A stretch of 64,000 nucleotides of DNA. Origin: Acidobacteriota bacterium (GTDB lineage: Bacteria; Acidobacteriota; UBA890; WLXD01). A program made the position numbers and the translations under genes. Below, in pieces: positions 8,866 to 18,782 of the stretch (position 1 is the first letter of the stretch; each line of letters opens with the position of its first letter). The notes under the pieces are model-generated. The model was not told where the DNA came from. It worked only from the letters and a program-made list of their open reading frames with translations, and did not search any database. The stretch lies in assembly GCA_963666055.2 (NCBI GenBank), contig CAXWPH010000006.1, positions 1 through 64,000 of the forward strand, written 5' to 3'.

Positions 8866-9738
8866 CTCATCAGGCCGCCGACGCGAGTCGTCGGCGGCTT
8901 TCGTGCTTTCTGGGCCCAACACCGGCCGATCGCGCCCATGCCAGAGTGGGCCGTGCCCACGCCCCAGGCCCGGCGCGCCGATAATCGCCCCGTGCACGAA
9001 CTGCTTTGCCGAGCGTGCCGCCTGCTGTAGCGTCCACCCACGCGCCAGACCCGCGGCCAAGGCGGCCGACAGCGTGCACCCGGTACCGTGCGTATGAGGC
9101 GTGTCGATACGCTCGGTCCGGAGCCAGGTCTCACCGTCGGGGGTAAGTAGAAGATCCACGGCATCTCCATTCGAATGCCCACCTTTGATCAGCGCCGCTC
9201 GGGCACCGACGTCGAGCAGCGCCTCGCCGGCAGCGACCATGCTGGCCGCGTCCCGAACCGCAAAGCCGACAAGCGCCTCAGCCTCGGCGAGGTTGGGCGT
9301 GACGCATGCCGCCTGCGGCAGCAGTTCGCACAGCAACACATCGACCGCGTCTACGTCGAGCAGCGGGTCACCGCTGGTAGCGACCATCACCGGGTCAACG
9401 ACCAGCGTTTCGATGCGGTGTCGGCGCACGGCCCCGGCCACCGCTTGGATGATAGCGGCGTTGCCGAGCATGCCCGTCTTCGCCGCATCGATGCCGATAT
9501 CGTCGATTACCGCGTCGATCTGGGCCACCACCAAGTCAGCCGTCGTCATGCTGACGGCGGCCACGCCGAGAGTATTCTGCGCCGTGATGGCGGTAACCGC
9601 AGACGTCCCGAATACTCGGTAGGCAGCGAACGTCTTCAGGTCCGCCTGGATCCCCGCTCCGCCGCCGGAATCTGAGCCCGCGATGGTAAGAGCGCGCGCT
9701 ACCGGTCGCCGGCAAGGAACTCGATCGTCAGCTTCCAT
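8857..9738 (-). CDS. thiD: Hydroxymethylpyrimidine/phosphomethylpyrimidine kinase
   Basis: [45 protein letters not shown]. Confidence 0.97.
8872..8901 (+). terminator. Intrinsic terminator after tRNA-Ala
   Basis: GCCGCCGACG-CGAGT-CGTCGGCGGC-TTT. Confidence 0.7.
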
Positions 9739-9744
9739 AAGACG

Positions 9745-9754
9745 AGTCTATAAT
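9745..9754. promoter_or_regulatory. Overlapping divergent -10 boxes (leaderless bidirectional promoter)
   Basis: TATAAT (+, 9749-9754) and TAGACT (-, 9745-9750), each 6 nt from an ATG. Confidence 0.7.
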
Positions 9755-9760
9755 CGCCTT

Positions 9761-10078
9761 ATGGAATTCGACGATCTCGACTTCAGTGACCCGGCGGCGC
9801 GCCTGGCGCACCTGGCCGCTTTGGAGAAACTGTCCGAGACGCTCTCCGATCGCGATGGTGGCGAACTATTCAAGAAAGACCTCGACGAAGCGCGGCTGCT
9901 GGCGAAGACCGACGCGCGCTTCGAGCGACTGGTCGAGGGATTGTCGGCGTCTTCGCTGGGCGAAAGACTCGGGGCGGTGAACCGTTTTTTCGACGACTTC
10001 GGGCCCGTCGAGCTGGCGGCGCTGGCGTTGCCCACACACCTGGGTCAACTGCGCGCCATCTACCTGGGCTCACGGTAG
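9761..10078 (+). CDS. Hypothetical protein
   Basis: 105-aa helical ORF, ATG 6 nt after TATAAT. Confidence 0.7.
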   Translation: MEFDDLDFSDPAARLAHLAALEKLSETLSDRDGGELFKKDLDEARLLAKTDARFERLVEGLSASSLGERLGAVNRFFDDFGPVELAALALPTHLGQLRAIYLGSR

Positions 10079-10093
10079 GGGACCGCTTCGAGC

Positions 10094-10372
10094 CTAGCAG
10101 GCCGTGGTGAAAGTGTGGTGGGTCTGGTTACGGCGAGTTGGGGCCAGATGCAAGGCGGCCTGACGCAGGCGATGCCCTAGCCATCGTCGAGAAAGGCCAA
10201 CGCTGCAGACGGCCCCAACTCGCCGTAACCCTTCGGGCGACAGGGGGTTGCGCGCGCATGCTGCGTCGTTCCTCGTCAACGATGGGGTAACCATCGCCTC
10301 CTCCTCTCTCCTTGCCTCCACTTCGCAAGACCCTGTCGCCAGACCCACCACACTTTCACCACGGCCTGCTAG
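10094..10372. mobile_element. MITE-like non-autonomous element with nested inverted repeats
   Basis: Perfect 34-bp terminal IR including CTAG at both ends; internal 20-bp and 10-bp IRs; no transposase. Confidence 0.75.
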
Positions 10373-10995
10373 CTACCTCGCAGCCAACCCGGAGGGATGC
10401 CCTGACGGCGCGCGTCACGCCGAAGCTCACGCATCTGGTCGTCGAGCTCCACCAATCGCTGCTGCGCCATCTCCATCTTGCGCCGTGTATCGGCTGTCGA
10501 ACGATGCGAGAAAAGGAAAGCCCGCTCTTCGCGACGATAGTCGACGATCTGCGCTTGCAGGTCGGCGCGCTCGTTGGCGATTTCCTCGACGCGCGCGCGC
10601 CAGTAGCCGCGCGTTTCCTCTGCGGGTACCTCGTCCTGTTCATCGTCGCCGCTGCCGCCGGCATCCTCGTCGGTATCACCACCCTGCGGCGATGGCCGAC
10701 GCGCCGGGCTCGGAACCTCCTCGAGCTCATCGTCCGCTTCGATTCGATCGACAAGAGCCATCGGAATGGTGATCTCGGCGCCGTATTGCAAGAACACGAG
10801 CTTGTCGCCCACGACCTCGCTTCGTTGCGTACGGATCACCCGGCCGTTCTTGAGGTAGATGCTGTCGGCGGCCACAACGCTCGGTTGGGCCAGCACGAGG
10901 AGCCCGGTGACCACCAATCCGCATCGCATCCCGAACATCCCGTTCATACCCCCGAGCCTAGCACGCCCCGCGCAGCCCGCCGAGGACTCACTCAT
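10369..10995 (-). CDS. Secreted hypothetical protein
   Basis: Signal peptide then ADSIYLKNGRVI, C-terminal coiled coil ending IPPGWLR; coupled to upstream gene; start uncertain. Confidence 0.75.
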   Translation of the reverse strand: MSESSAGCAGRARLGGMNGMFGMRCGLVVTGLLVLAQPSVVAADSIYLKNGRVIRTQRSEVVGDKLVFLQYGAEITIPMALVDRIEADDELEEVPSPARRPSPQGGDTDEDAGGSGDDEQDEVPAEETRGYWRARVEEIANERADLQAQIVDYRREERAFLFSHRSTADTRRKMEMAQQRLVELDDQMRELRRDARRQGIPPGWLRGS

Positions 10996-11837
10996 TGGCG
11001 GCGCTGCCGCGCCCGAGAGCCAATTCGAACCGCCCCGTCACCGTCGGTGATCAACAGGGCGGCGGTAGTTTCCTGGAGCCAGAACACGACCCCCTGTCCG
11101 ACGACAATGGGCTCGTCCGTTACCGGGTTGCTGGCGGCAACGGCCGCAGCGTGCTCCTGATAGAACAGCGCCGGCGTGTCGAGCCTCCAACCATCGGCGC
11201 GACCCTGATCGATCGTAATGACCGCGCCGGCCGCATACGTACTCCACATCCCCATGTTGCGACGCGCACCGCTGGCCGGGTTGTACATCGAGTAGCTGGT
11301 GCCGAGCACCACTGTGGCATCGGTTACCCGGGGCGTTACCAGGCGATTCGGATCGAGTGGCGAAACGGCTCCGCTGGTGGACACTTCCTGTTGGAGCAAC
11401 GGCTGTATCGGGTCGCCGACCTCGAGCTCGACGCATGCCGACGTCACCAAGCCCAGCGCGCGCCCTCGTTCCAGACTGGTCACCTCGACGCGGCCGATCA
11501 GGTCCACGGCCTCGCCTACCGTAGCTCCCGTGGTGGGATGCCGCACGATGCCGTCGACGCGATAAACGAGGTACGTCTCGCCGAGCTCCATTCCGTTGCC
11601 GCGCAGGAAAATCTCATCGCCTGTGGAGTACATGTGCATGCCCGGCTCACGAGACCCGATGACGTGGCCGAGGGGCTGGCGTACCTGGGGAACGACGGTG
11701 GCGAAGCATTCAGGGCCCAGGTAGGCATCGGTGTTGGGCACAGTCTGTGCCGCCGTGATCCCGCCCGCCGCTGCCACAGCGACGCAAAGCAGAACCATCG
11801 TAACCGTCGCGCAAGCGGTCGAATGTATTCGACGCAT
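10992..11837 (-). CDS. Secreted hypothetical protein (beta-rich, FlgT-C-like segment)
   Basis: Signal peptide; VRHPTTGATVG...IGRVEV...VGD motif. Confidence 0.65.
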   Translation of the reverse strand: MRRIHSTACATVTMVLLCVAVAAAGGITAAQTVPNTDAYLGPECFATVVPQVRQPLGHVIGSREPGMHMYSTGDEIFLRGNGMELGETYLVYRVDGIVRHPTTGATVGEAVDLIGRVEVTSLERGRALGLVTSACVELEVGDPIQPLLQQEVSTSGAVSPLDPNRLVTPRVTDATVVLGTSYSMYNPASGARRNMGMWSTYAAGAVITIDQGRADGWRLDTPALFYQEHAAAVAASNPVTDEPIVVGQGVVFWLQETTAALLITDGDGAVRIGSRARQRRQ

Positions 11838-11858
11838 CGGATTCCCCTCCGTGTGGGG

Positions 11859-12671
11859 TCAACGAATCCCGGAGCCATCTCCGTTCGACGACCCGACTGC
11901 GCCTCCCGTGCCTAGCCTCTTGCGAGCCTCCCCTGCGTACTCGCAGTCTGGGTGCTCATCAATGAGACGCCGGTAGTAGTCGCCCGCTTGCGGCGCGTCC
12001 CCCTCGCGCCGGTACGACTCCGCCAGCAAGTTGATCAGCTCACAACGATATGACGTCTGCGGGTAGTTCCGCAGCGCATAGCGTGCTCGTTCCCGCGCCG
12101 CCGTGAAGCGGCTGCGCCCGAGCTGGAAAGACGCCACCTGTATCTCATGCTGCGCCAACGTATCGATGACGTCGCGCATGTTGTTCTCCGCCAGATCGCG
12201 ATAGCGGCTGTCCGGATAATCCTCTTGGAATTCTTGATAGGCCCGCAGCGCCGCGCGCGTCTGCGACTGGTCGCGGTCGGGCGCTCGCATCAAGCGTGCA
12301 AAGCTCATCGCGATCATCAACTGCGCGTAGTCGACTTGCGCATGCGACGGATGGTAGGTGAGGAAATTTCGGAACGCATCGACCGCCAGCAGCAGCAAAG
12401 CGCTGCGCCTCCGCTCGTAGTAGGCGCGCCCGAGCCCGAGGCGTGCGTCTGCGAGGTGCGGGCTGGTGGGGTAGTTCCGCAGCAGTGTGTCGAACGCCTC
12501 GGTCGCCTGGCGATACTTGCCGTCAGCTAGAAAGCCCTCGGCCTGCTCGAAGAGCTCGGTGCCAGCCGAGTCGGAGGGCAGTAGCATGCTCGCGGACCCA
12601 CAGCCCCAGACCGCTAGGCCCAGGACGGCGGCGCAAACACCCCTCAGCAGCCTGCTCGGAGAAGCCCTCAT
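11859..12671 (-). CDS. bamD: Outer membrane protein assembly factor BamD
   Basis: Lipobox (VWGC), TPR repeats, PDRDQSQTRAAL...YPDSRY, LAQHEIQVA. Confidence 0.88.
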   Translation of the reverse strand: MRASPSRLLRGVCAAVLGLAVWGCGSASMLLPSDSAGTELFEQAEGFLADGKYRQATEAFDTLLRNYPTSPHLADARLGLGRAYYERRRSALLLLAVDAFRNFLTYHPSHAQVDYAQLMIAMSFARLMRAPDRDQSQTRAALRAYQEFQEDYPDSRYRDLAENNMRDVIDTLAQHEIQVASFQLGRSRFTAARERARYALRNYPQTSYRCELINLLAESYRREGDAPQAGDYYRRLIDEHPDCEYAGEARKRLGTGGAVGSSNGDGSGIR

Positions 12672-13630
12672 TGTGTGCCGATCTCGCGTTGTCGGTCCGT
12701 GGCGCGCAGCCAGTTCCAGTGGCGTGCAATCCCGTCTTGCAGCTGTATCGAAGGTACGAAATCGAGGTCTTCGTTGGCACGTCGCGTGTCGGCCAGCGTG
12801 TGGCCTACGTCACCGTGCTGGACCCCTTCTCGCCGCACCTCGAGTCGACTCCCGGTCACGACCTCGATCACCTCGATGAGGCGATTGACCGTTACCGTGC
12901 TCCCCCCCCCAACATTATACACAGCACCCAGACGACCCCGTTCGGCGGCTCGTAACGTCGCATTGATCGTGTCGTCAACGTAGGTGAAGTCGCGCGTCTG
13001 CTCGCCGTCTCCGAACAGCGTGATCGGAGTGCCATTCCGGGCCGCGGTCAAAAAACGCTGTATGGCCATATCGGGCCGCTGCCTGGGGCCATACACGGTG
13101 AAGTAGCGCAAGCTGACGGTGGGGACGCCGTAGTTACGATGGTATAGGCGTACAAGGTGCTCTCCGGCAAGCTTGGTCACTCCATAGGGCGAATGCGGGC
13201 GCTCGCGTCCGGTCTCGACCATCGGCAGCACATCGGCATCGCCGTACACCGATGACGACGACGCGTACGCGAAGCGCTCGACCCCGACCCGGCGCGCCGC
13301 TTCGAGCAATCTCTGGGTGGCGTATACGTTGTGCGAGGCGTAGGCCTCGAAGCTCTCGCCCCATGAGGAGCGCACGCCTGGCAGCGCCGCCAGGTGATAG
13401 ACGTGGTCCGCCTGAGCCACCAGAGGCTCGACATCGAGGGCCTCGATCAAGCCCTCCACGAAGGAAAACCTAGGCTCCCCGAGCAGACTCGCCAGGTTGG
13501 CGCGCTTGAGCGGCTCGGCATAGTTGTCTACGAAGCCATCGACGCCCACGACCTCGTGCCCGTCCGCCAGCAGTCGGTGCGCGAGCGTCGAAGCGATAAA
13601 CCCGGCGGCGCCGGTAACCAAACAACGCAT
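12668..13630 (-). CDS. NAD-dependent epimerase/dehydratase
   Basis: VTGAAGFIAS, SSSSVYG, YGVTK, YFTVYGPRQRPDMA. Confidence 0.93.
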   Translation of the reverse strand: MRCLVTGAAGFIASTLAHRLLADGHEVVGVDGFVDNYAEPLKRANLASLLGEPRFSFVEGLIEALDVEPLVAQADHVYHLAALPGVRSSWGESFEAYASHNVYATQRLLEAARRVGVERFAYASSSSVYGDADVLPMVETGRERPHSPYGVTKLAGEHLVRLYHRNYGVPTVSLRYFTVYGPRQRPDMAIQRFLTAARNGTPITLFGDGEQTRDFTYVDDTINATLRAAERGRLGAVYNVGGGSTVTVNRLIEVIEVVTGSRLEVRREGVQHGDVGHTLADTRRANEDLDFVPSIQLQDGIARHWNWLRATDRQREIGTQ

Positions 13631-13632
13631 GG

Positions 13633-14298
13633 TCAGCCTGCGGCCGCCGCGGCATGTATGGCACGAGCCGCCTCCACCGGATCCGGCGCCTTGACAATCG
13701 CCGACCCGGCCACGAGCACCGCAGCCCCTGCGCTTACGCACTCTCCGGCGTTGGCCGTATCAATGCCGCCGTCGACCTCGATCTCGACGCCTCCGAGCCC
13801 TGCATCGTCGAGGTACCGGCGAACCGCGGCGATTTTCGCCAACGACGTCGGCAGGAAGCTCTGCCCTCCGTACCCGGGATTAACCGTCATCACGACCACG
13901 AAGTCTCCATCCTGGAGCACGTACTCGAGACCATTCGGCGGTGTCGTCGGATTCAGCGCGACACCGGCGCGGGCGCCACACTCGCGCACCTGGCTCACAG
14001 TGCGCTCCAGATGCGCCGTGGCCTCGGCATGAACGCTGATCCAGTCGGCCCCCGCGGCCCGGTAGCGCTCCACCCATGCGGCAGGGTTCGCCACCATGAG
14101 ATGCACGTCGAGCGGCGTCGATGTACGTGGCCTTAAGCCCTCGACGACGGCAGGTCCCATCGAGATGTTGGGGACGAAGTGTCCGTCCATCACGTCCACG
14201 TGAAACAGGTCGCAATGCCCGTCGAGACGGCCCACTGCCGCTGCCATGTCGGTCTGATCGGCGGCAAGCAGCGACGCCGCGACGAGCGGTTGGCTCAA
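13633..14298 (-). CDS. rpe: Ribulose-phosphate 3-epimerase
   Basis: HVDVMDGHFVPNIS, MTVNPGYGGQ, EVDGGI. Confidence 0.97.
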   Translation of the reverse strand: MSQPLVAASLLAADQTDMAAAVGRLDGHCDLFHVDVMDGHFVPNISMGPAVVEGLRPRTSTPLDVHLMVANPAAWVERYRAAGADWISVHAEATAHLERTVSQVRECGARAGVALNPTTPPNGLEYVLQDGDFVVVMTVNPGYGGQSFLPTSLAKIAAVRRYLDDAGLGGVEIEVDGGIDTANAGECVSAGAAVLVAGSAIVKAPDPVEAARAIHAAAAAG

Positions 14299-15035
14299 CG
14301 GCTCACCCGCAGGGTGATCTGGCCGCCGGCCGCGATCTTGAAGCCCGGGAATGGCAGCTGGCTGACGATCGTGCCGGGCGCGACATTGGCCACCTCGCGA
14401 CGATTGGGCTCTTCACTTACGCGGAAGCCCCGGACCTCCAGGTAGGGGCGGACTTCCCTCACTGGCAGCGATACCAGATTGGCCATCACGTAGTAGCGCG
14501 GCGGAGCGCCCAACGAGGCCAACAACCGCAGGGGCACGACCTCTCCGGGCAGCAACTCGGCCGGGTCGGGCTGCTGCCCGATTACCGTTCCTCGGGGTAC
14601 GTTCGGACTTGGTGCCAGCGCCACATAGTCAACATCGAACCCCTGTTGTTGCAGAGCGATCTCGGCCCGCGATCGGGTCTCGCCGACCATCGACTGGAGG
14701 GTGAGCGCCCGCGGCCCGGTCGACAACATCAGCCGTATGTTGCGCACCCGCTTTACCGGCGTTCCCGGTCCCGGATCCTGGCATGCCACGTGGTTGGCCG
14801 GGATGTCAGCCGCTTCCATCAGGTCGTCGTCCCAGTCGGCATGCATACCCACGGCGGCAAGCCGCGCCGAAGCGTCCTCCGCCGAAAGGCCGACGACGTC
14901 CGGAACGCGGTCGGCCGGACCGCCGACAGCGATCCTCGTGGCGAGCCAGCCGCTGAGCACGAACAGAAACCCGCACACGGGCAACAGCAGCGCGAGTCGC
15001 AACACGGACGCGAATGGGAACGTCAGGGATGCCAC
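14295..15035 (-). CDS. PASTA-domain membrane protein
   Basis: TM helix plus three PASTA-like repeats (VPDVVG, QDPGPG, QQPDP, QLPFPG). Confidence 0.88.
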   Translation of the reverse strand: MASLTFPFASVLRLALLLPVCGFLFVLSGWLATRIAVGGPADRVPDVVGLSAEDASARLAAVGMHADWDDDLMEAADIPANHVACQDPGPGTPVKRVRNIRLMLSTGPRALTLQSMVGETRSRAEIALQQQGFDVDYVALAPSPNVPRGTVIGQQPDPAELLPGEVVPLRLLASLGAPPRYYVMANLVSLPVREVRPYLEVRGFRVSEEPNRREVANVAPGTIVSQLPFPGFKIAAGGQITLRVSR

Positions 15036-15126
15036 GGAAGAGCAGGGTTTGCGGCGCAGGAGGCGCCCAGCGTGAAGGCTCCGCCAGCGTTTGCCGGCGA
15101 GATCGAGTATAGCATGGGTGCCCTGT

Positions 15127-16449
15127 TCAGCCCTTGGCCTGGCGCCGTAGCAGAGCGGCGAAGAAGCCGTCCAACTCGGGCTGTACCGGGTAGGTGCGAA
15201 AGCAGCCGTCGTCGCCGATCATGTCGGCCACCGAGTCGAACTCGAGGGTCTCCTGGCGGATGTCCCGCTGCGACCGCATTACTGCCTCGATCACCGCCTC
15301 GTTCTCCTCCGGCTCAGTCGAGCAGGTAACGTAGAGCAGGAGTCCTCCTGGCGCCAGCGCCGCCAGCCCGCGCCACAGCAACTGGCGTTGGCGACGCGCC
15401 AGACGGCCCAGCCGGCTCGCGTCAAGGCGCCACTTGATCTCCGGGTGCCGGCGCACTGTTCCGATCCCCGAGCACGGCGCGTCAACGAGGATCCGGTCGA
15501 ACTGGCCGCGCACCGGGAGCGCCGATGTCAGGTCGGCGCAAACAATCCGCACCTCGGGCGTGGCGGCGTTTGCTGCCGCCGTTCTGGCGTCCCCAAGCTG
15601 AGTCGCGTCGATGTCGAGTGCCAGAACGCCCGCGGCTCCGGCCTCCGCCAGCTGAATGGACTTGCCGCCGCGACCGGCACAAACATCGACCGTCCAGCCG
15701 GCGCCGGGGGGAAGCAACTCTGTCACCAGTTGACCAGCCTCGCTCCGCGGCGTCATAAGACCGTTGTGGAGCGCGTCACACGCCGCAAGCGAACCGCCGC
15801 TGACGCGCACACAGTGATCGGCTGCGGGGCTTTTCTCGGCGACTACTCCCGCATCCCCTAGCATCGCCAGCGCCGCAGCCGTCGAGAGCACCCGCGGGTG
15901 CACCCGCAGGGCGCGCGGCGCCGGCTCGAGCGCCGCCTGCCACCACGCCTCCGTGGCCGCCTCACCGTAGCGAGCGAGCCAGCGTTGCGCGAGCCACGGC
16001 GGTACGTCGAGGCGCGCAGCCAACGAGCCGTCGCCCTCATCGAGCAGCGCGCCGGCGCGCAGCCACGTCCGCAAGACCCCGTTAACGAGGCCCGTTGCCC
16101 GCGGACGGCGCAACTTCACCGCCTCGACGCTGGCGAAGACTGCGGCGTGCGACGGCACCGACCCCAGGAAAGCACACTGATATGCTGCCAACCGCAAGGC
16201 GCAGCGAACCACCGGCTCGAGGCGTTCGAACGGCCGGCCACAGAATCTCGTGAGGGTCCGATCGAGGGTCGCCTGCCGCCGCAGCGATCCGTAAACGATC
16301 TCCGTCGCCAGGCGCCGATCCCGCGGCTCGAGCGATGACGCCCGTAGCTCTGCGTCCAGCAGACGATCGCTGCGACCGCCCCGCTCCACTCCCACCAGCA
16401 CGCCCAGCGCCAGCGCACGGCTCGCAACGCCGGCGACGTCGCCGTCCAT
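15127..16449 (-). CDS. rsmB: 16S rRNA m5C967 methyltransferase
   Basis: NusB-like N-terminus, DVCAGRGGKS, LVDAPCSGIG, YVTCSTEPEENE. Confidence 0.93.
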   Translation of the reverse strand: MDGDVAGVASRALALGVLVGVERGGRSDRLLDAELRASSLEPRDRRLATEIVYGSLRRQATLDRTLTRFCGRPFERLEPVVRCALRLAAYQCAFLGSVPSHAAVFASVEAVKLRRPRATGLVNGVLRTWLRAGALLDEGDGSLAARLDVPPWLAQRWLARYGEAATEAWWQAALEPAPRALRVHPRVLSTAAALAMLGDAGVVAEKSPAADHCVRVSGGSLAACDALHNGLMTPRSEAGQLVTELLPPGAGWTVDVCAGRGGKSIQLAEAGAAGVLALDIDATQLGDARTAAANAATPEVRIVCADLTSALPVRGQFDRILVDAPCSGIGTVRRHPEIKWRLDASRLGRLARRQRQLLWRGLAALAPGGLLLYVTCSTEPEENEAVIEAVMRSQRDIRQETLEFDSVADMIGDDGCFRTYPVQPELDGFFAALLRRQAKG

Positions 16450-16454
16450 TACGG

Positions 16455-17423
16455 TCAACTCGGCGCGCCGCTGCTGAAGCGCTCGCCGGGCGCCATCACG
16501 AAACCCCGCAAGAACTCCGCCGCCGCCATCCGGCGGCTGCCAGCTCGTTGCAACTCGAGGATGCGGAGGCTCTGGGCATCGCCACACCCAACCATGAGGT
16601 CGTCTTCGTTGGCCGCAACCTCCCCAGCCTGTAGCGTGCTCTCTGGGCCCGGCTCGACGCGCCAGATCTGGAGGCGCGTACCGCCAAGGTCCCCGAACGC
16701 GATCGGCCAGGGCTGCATGGCACGGACGCACCGATCAATCTGTAACGGGCTCTGCGTCCAGTCGATCCGGCCATCGGACTTGCGCAGTAGTCGCGTCATG
16801 GTGGCCACAGATTCGTCCTGCGCCCGCGCCACGACGCGGCCGTCCGCCAGCTCGCGCAACGTCTTGGCGGCCAGCATCGCAGCCGTCGAGGCGAGCCGCT
16901 GTCCGACGGTCGCCGCCGTGTCGTCGCTGGACAGCGGCACCTCTTTTTGCAGCAGGATCGGACCCGTGTCGAGACCCTCGTTCATCAGCATGGTGGTCAC
17001 ACCGGTTACCGTGTCGCCGGCGAGAATCGCTGCCTGAATGGGGCTCGCCCCGCGATGGCGGGGCAGCAGTGAAGCGTGCACGTTGACGCAGCCGAGCGGC
17101 GGCGTCTCGAGGAGCTCGGCGGGAAGAATGAGACCGTAGGCGAACACCACGATGACATCGGGTCGATAGCCACGCATCGCGGCGACAACCTCGGTAGCAC
17201 GCAGGGTCAAAGGCTGCTCGAGGGGCACGGCGTGCTCTACCGCCCAGGCCTTCACCGGCGACCCTAGCGGCTGCCGACCGCGCCCGGAACGGCGGTCCGG
17301 CTGGGTGGCTACGCCGACGACATCCTCGGCATCGGCCAGTGCCGCCAACGTTGGCACCGCCAGCTCAGGCGTACCCATGAAAAAGACCCGGAGGCCGGCG
17401 CCGGGCGCGCGCCGCGCTACCAC
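16455..17423 (-). CDS. fmt: Methionyl-tRNA formyltransferase
   Basis: FMGTPELA, TQPDR, NVHASLLPRHRGASPIQ. Confidence 0.97.
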   Translation of the reverse strand: MVARRAPGAGLRVFFMGTPELAVPTLAALADAEDVVGVATQPDRRSGRGRQPLGSPVKAWAVEHAVPLEQPLTLRATEVVAAMRGYRPDVIVVFAYGLILPAELLETPPLGCVNVHASLLPRHRGASPIQAAILAGDTVTGVTTMLMNEGLDTGPILLQKEVPLSSDDTAATVGQRLASTAAMLAAKTLRELADGRVVARAQDESVATMTRLLRKSDGRIDWTQSPLQIDRCVRAMQPWPIAFGDLGGTRLQIWRVEPGPESTLQAGEVAANEDDLMVGCGDAQSLRILELQRAGSRRMAAAEFLRGFVMAPGERFSSGAPS

Positions 17424-17929
17424 TCTCCGGCACGAATCTTCTTCTGGATCTTGCGCCGGGCCAGGTCGCGCTTCAGCGGTGAGACGCGCCGGATGAACAG
17501 GACCCCGTCGAGGTGGTCGATCTCATGATGCAGACACCGCGCCAAAAGCTCCTCGGCCTCGATGCTGAATCGTTGGCCGTCGAGATTCTGCGCTTCGACG
17601 ACGATGCGCTCCGGACGCGGCACAATGAGCGTCAGGTCGGGAAATGACAAGCACCCCTCATCCTCCCTCGCGCTGCCGCTCTCGGCCACCACGACAGGGT
17701 TCACCAACACGAGCAGCTCGGCGGCTTCGGTGCCCGCCGACAGATCGACCACCGTGATCCGCGCGGTGCGACCGACCTGCGGCGCCGCCAGGCCGATTCC
17801 AGGGGCGGCGTGCAGAGTCTCGATCATGTCCTCGGCAAGATCTCGCAGCTCGTCGTCGAAACACTCGACCGCCTGCGTGGGCTCTTCGAGGCGTGGGTCG
17901 GGATACTTGAGGATGGGAAGAAGGGCCAT
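17417..17929 (-). CDS. def: Peptide deformylase
   Basis: GIGLAAPQVG, EGCLS, HEIDHLDG. Confidence 0.98.
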   Translation of the reverse strand: MALLPILKYPDPRLEEPTQAVECFDDELRDLAEDMIETLHAAPGIGLAAPQVGRTARITVVDLSAGTEAAELLVLVNPVVVAESGSAREDEGCLSFPDLTLIVPRPERIVVEAQNLDGQRFSIEAEELLARCLHHEIDHLDGVLFIRRVSPLKRDLARRKIQKKIRAGEW

Positions 17930-17979
17930 TACTCGCGACCGGGTCGGGGCGGCAGGAAACGTCAGGATACCATCGCCCC

Positions 17980-18720
17980 ATGCGATTGAAGCTCACGCTC
18001 GCCTACGTGGGAACCTCCTACGCCGGGTGGCAACGACAACCCGCCGCGCCAACCGTCCAGGCCGCCATCGAGGAGGCCGCCGTCCCGGTGGCTGGCACCG
18101 ATGTCGCGGTTACCGGGGCGAGCCGGACCGACGCCGGAGTTCACGCCCGCGGGCAGGTCGCCCACCTCGATAGCGAGATCGAGCGCCCCCCCGAGGAAAT
18201 CTTCGCAGCCCTGAACGCACGGCTACGGAACGACATCCGGGTGTTGGATTGCCGGCCCGCGGGCACCCGGTTCCACGCCCGCCACTCGGCCATCGGAAAG
18301 CTCTACGCGTATACGATCGATAATCGGCCGGTAGCCTCGCCCTTCCGTGCTCCGTTCGCCTGGCACGTCTCCGCCAAGCTGGACGTCGCGGCGATGCAAG
18401 AAGCGGCAAAGCACCTGCTCGGGCCGCTCGACCAACGCGCGTTCGCTACCCAGCCGGTAACCGGCGGCCGCCCCGACCGACCGCTCGAGGCAATCGCGGT
18501 CGACGGCGATGGCGTGATCGAGGTTCGCATTGCGGGGCGCAGCTTTCTGCGCCATGCGGTGCGCGGCATGGTCGGCACGCTGGTCGACGTAGGGCTAGGA
18601 CGGCGCGACCCCGCCAACCTCGCGGAACTCGCCAAGTCCGGCGATCGGGCCTCCGCAGGTACCACCGCGCCGGCCCATGGTCTGTGCCTGACTGCGGTGC
18701 GCTACGCAGCCGACGCGTAA
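17980..18720 (+). CDS. truA: tRNA pseudouridine(38-40) synthase
   Basis: YVGTSYAGWQ, GASRTDAGVHARGQV, SFLRHAVR, TAPAHGL. Confidence 0.96.
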   Translation: MRLKLTLAYVGTSYAGWQRQPAAPTVQAAIEEAAVPVAGTDVAVTGASRTDAGVHARGQVAHLDSEIERPPEEIFAALNARLRNDIRVLDCRPAGTRFHARHSAIGKLYAYTIDNRPVASPFRAPFAWHVSAKLDVAAMQEAAKHLLGPLDQRAFATQPVTGGRPDRPLEAIAVDGDGVIEVRIAGRSFLRHAVRGMVGTLVDVGLGRRDPANLAELAKSGDRASAGTTAPAHGLCLTAVRYAADA

Positions 18721-18782
18721 CGCGACTCGGGGGCGAAGGCGGTACACTCAGCCCTTCCACCAGCCGCGAGCCGCCATTATCG

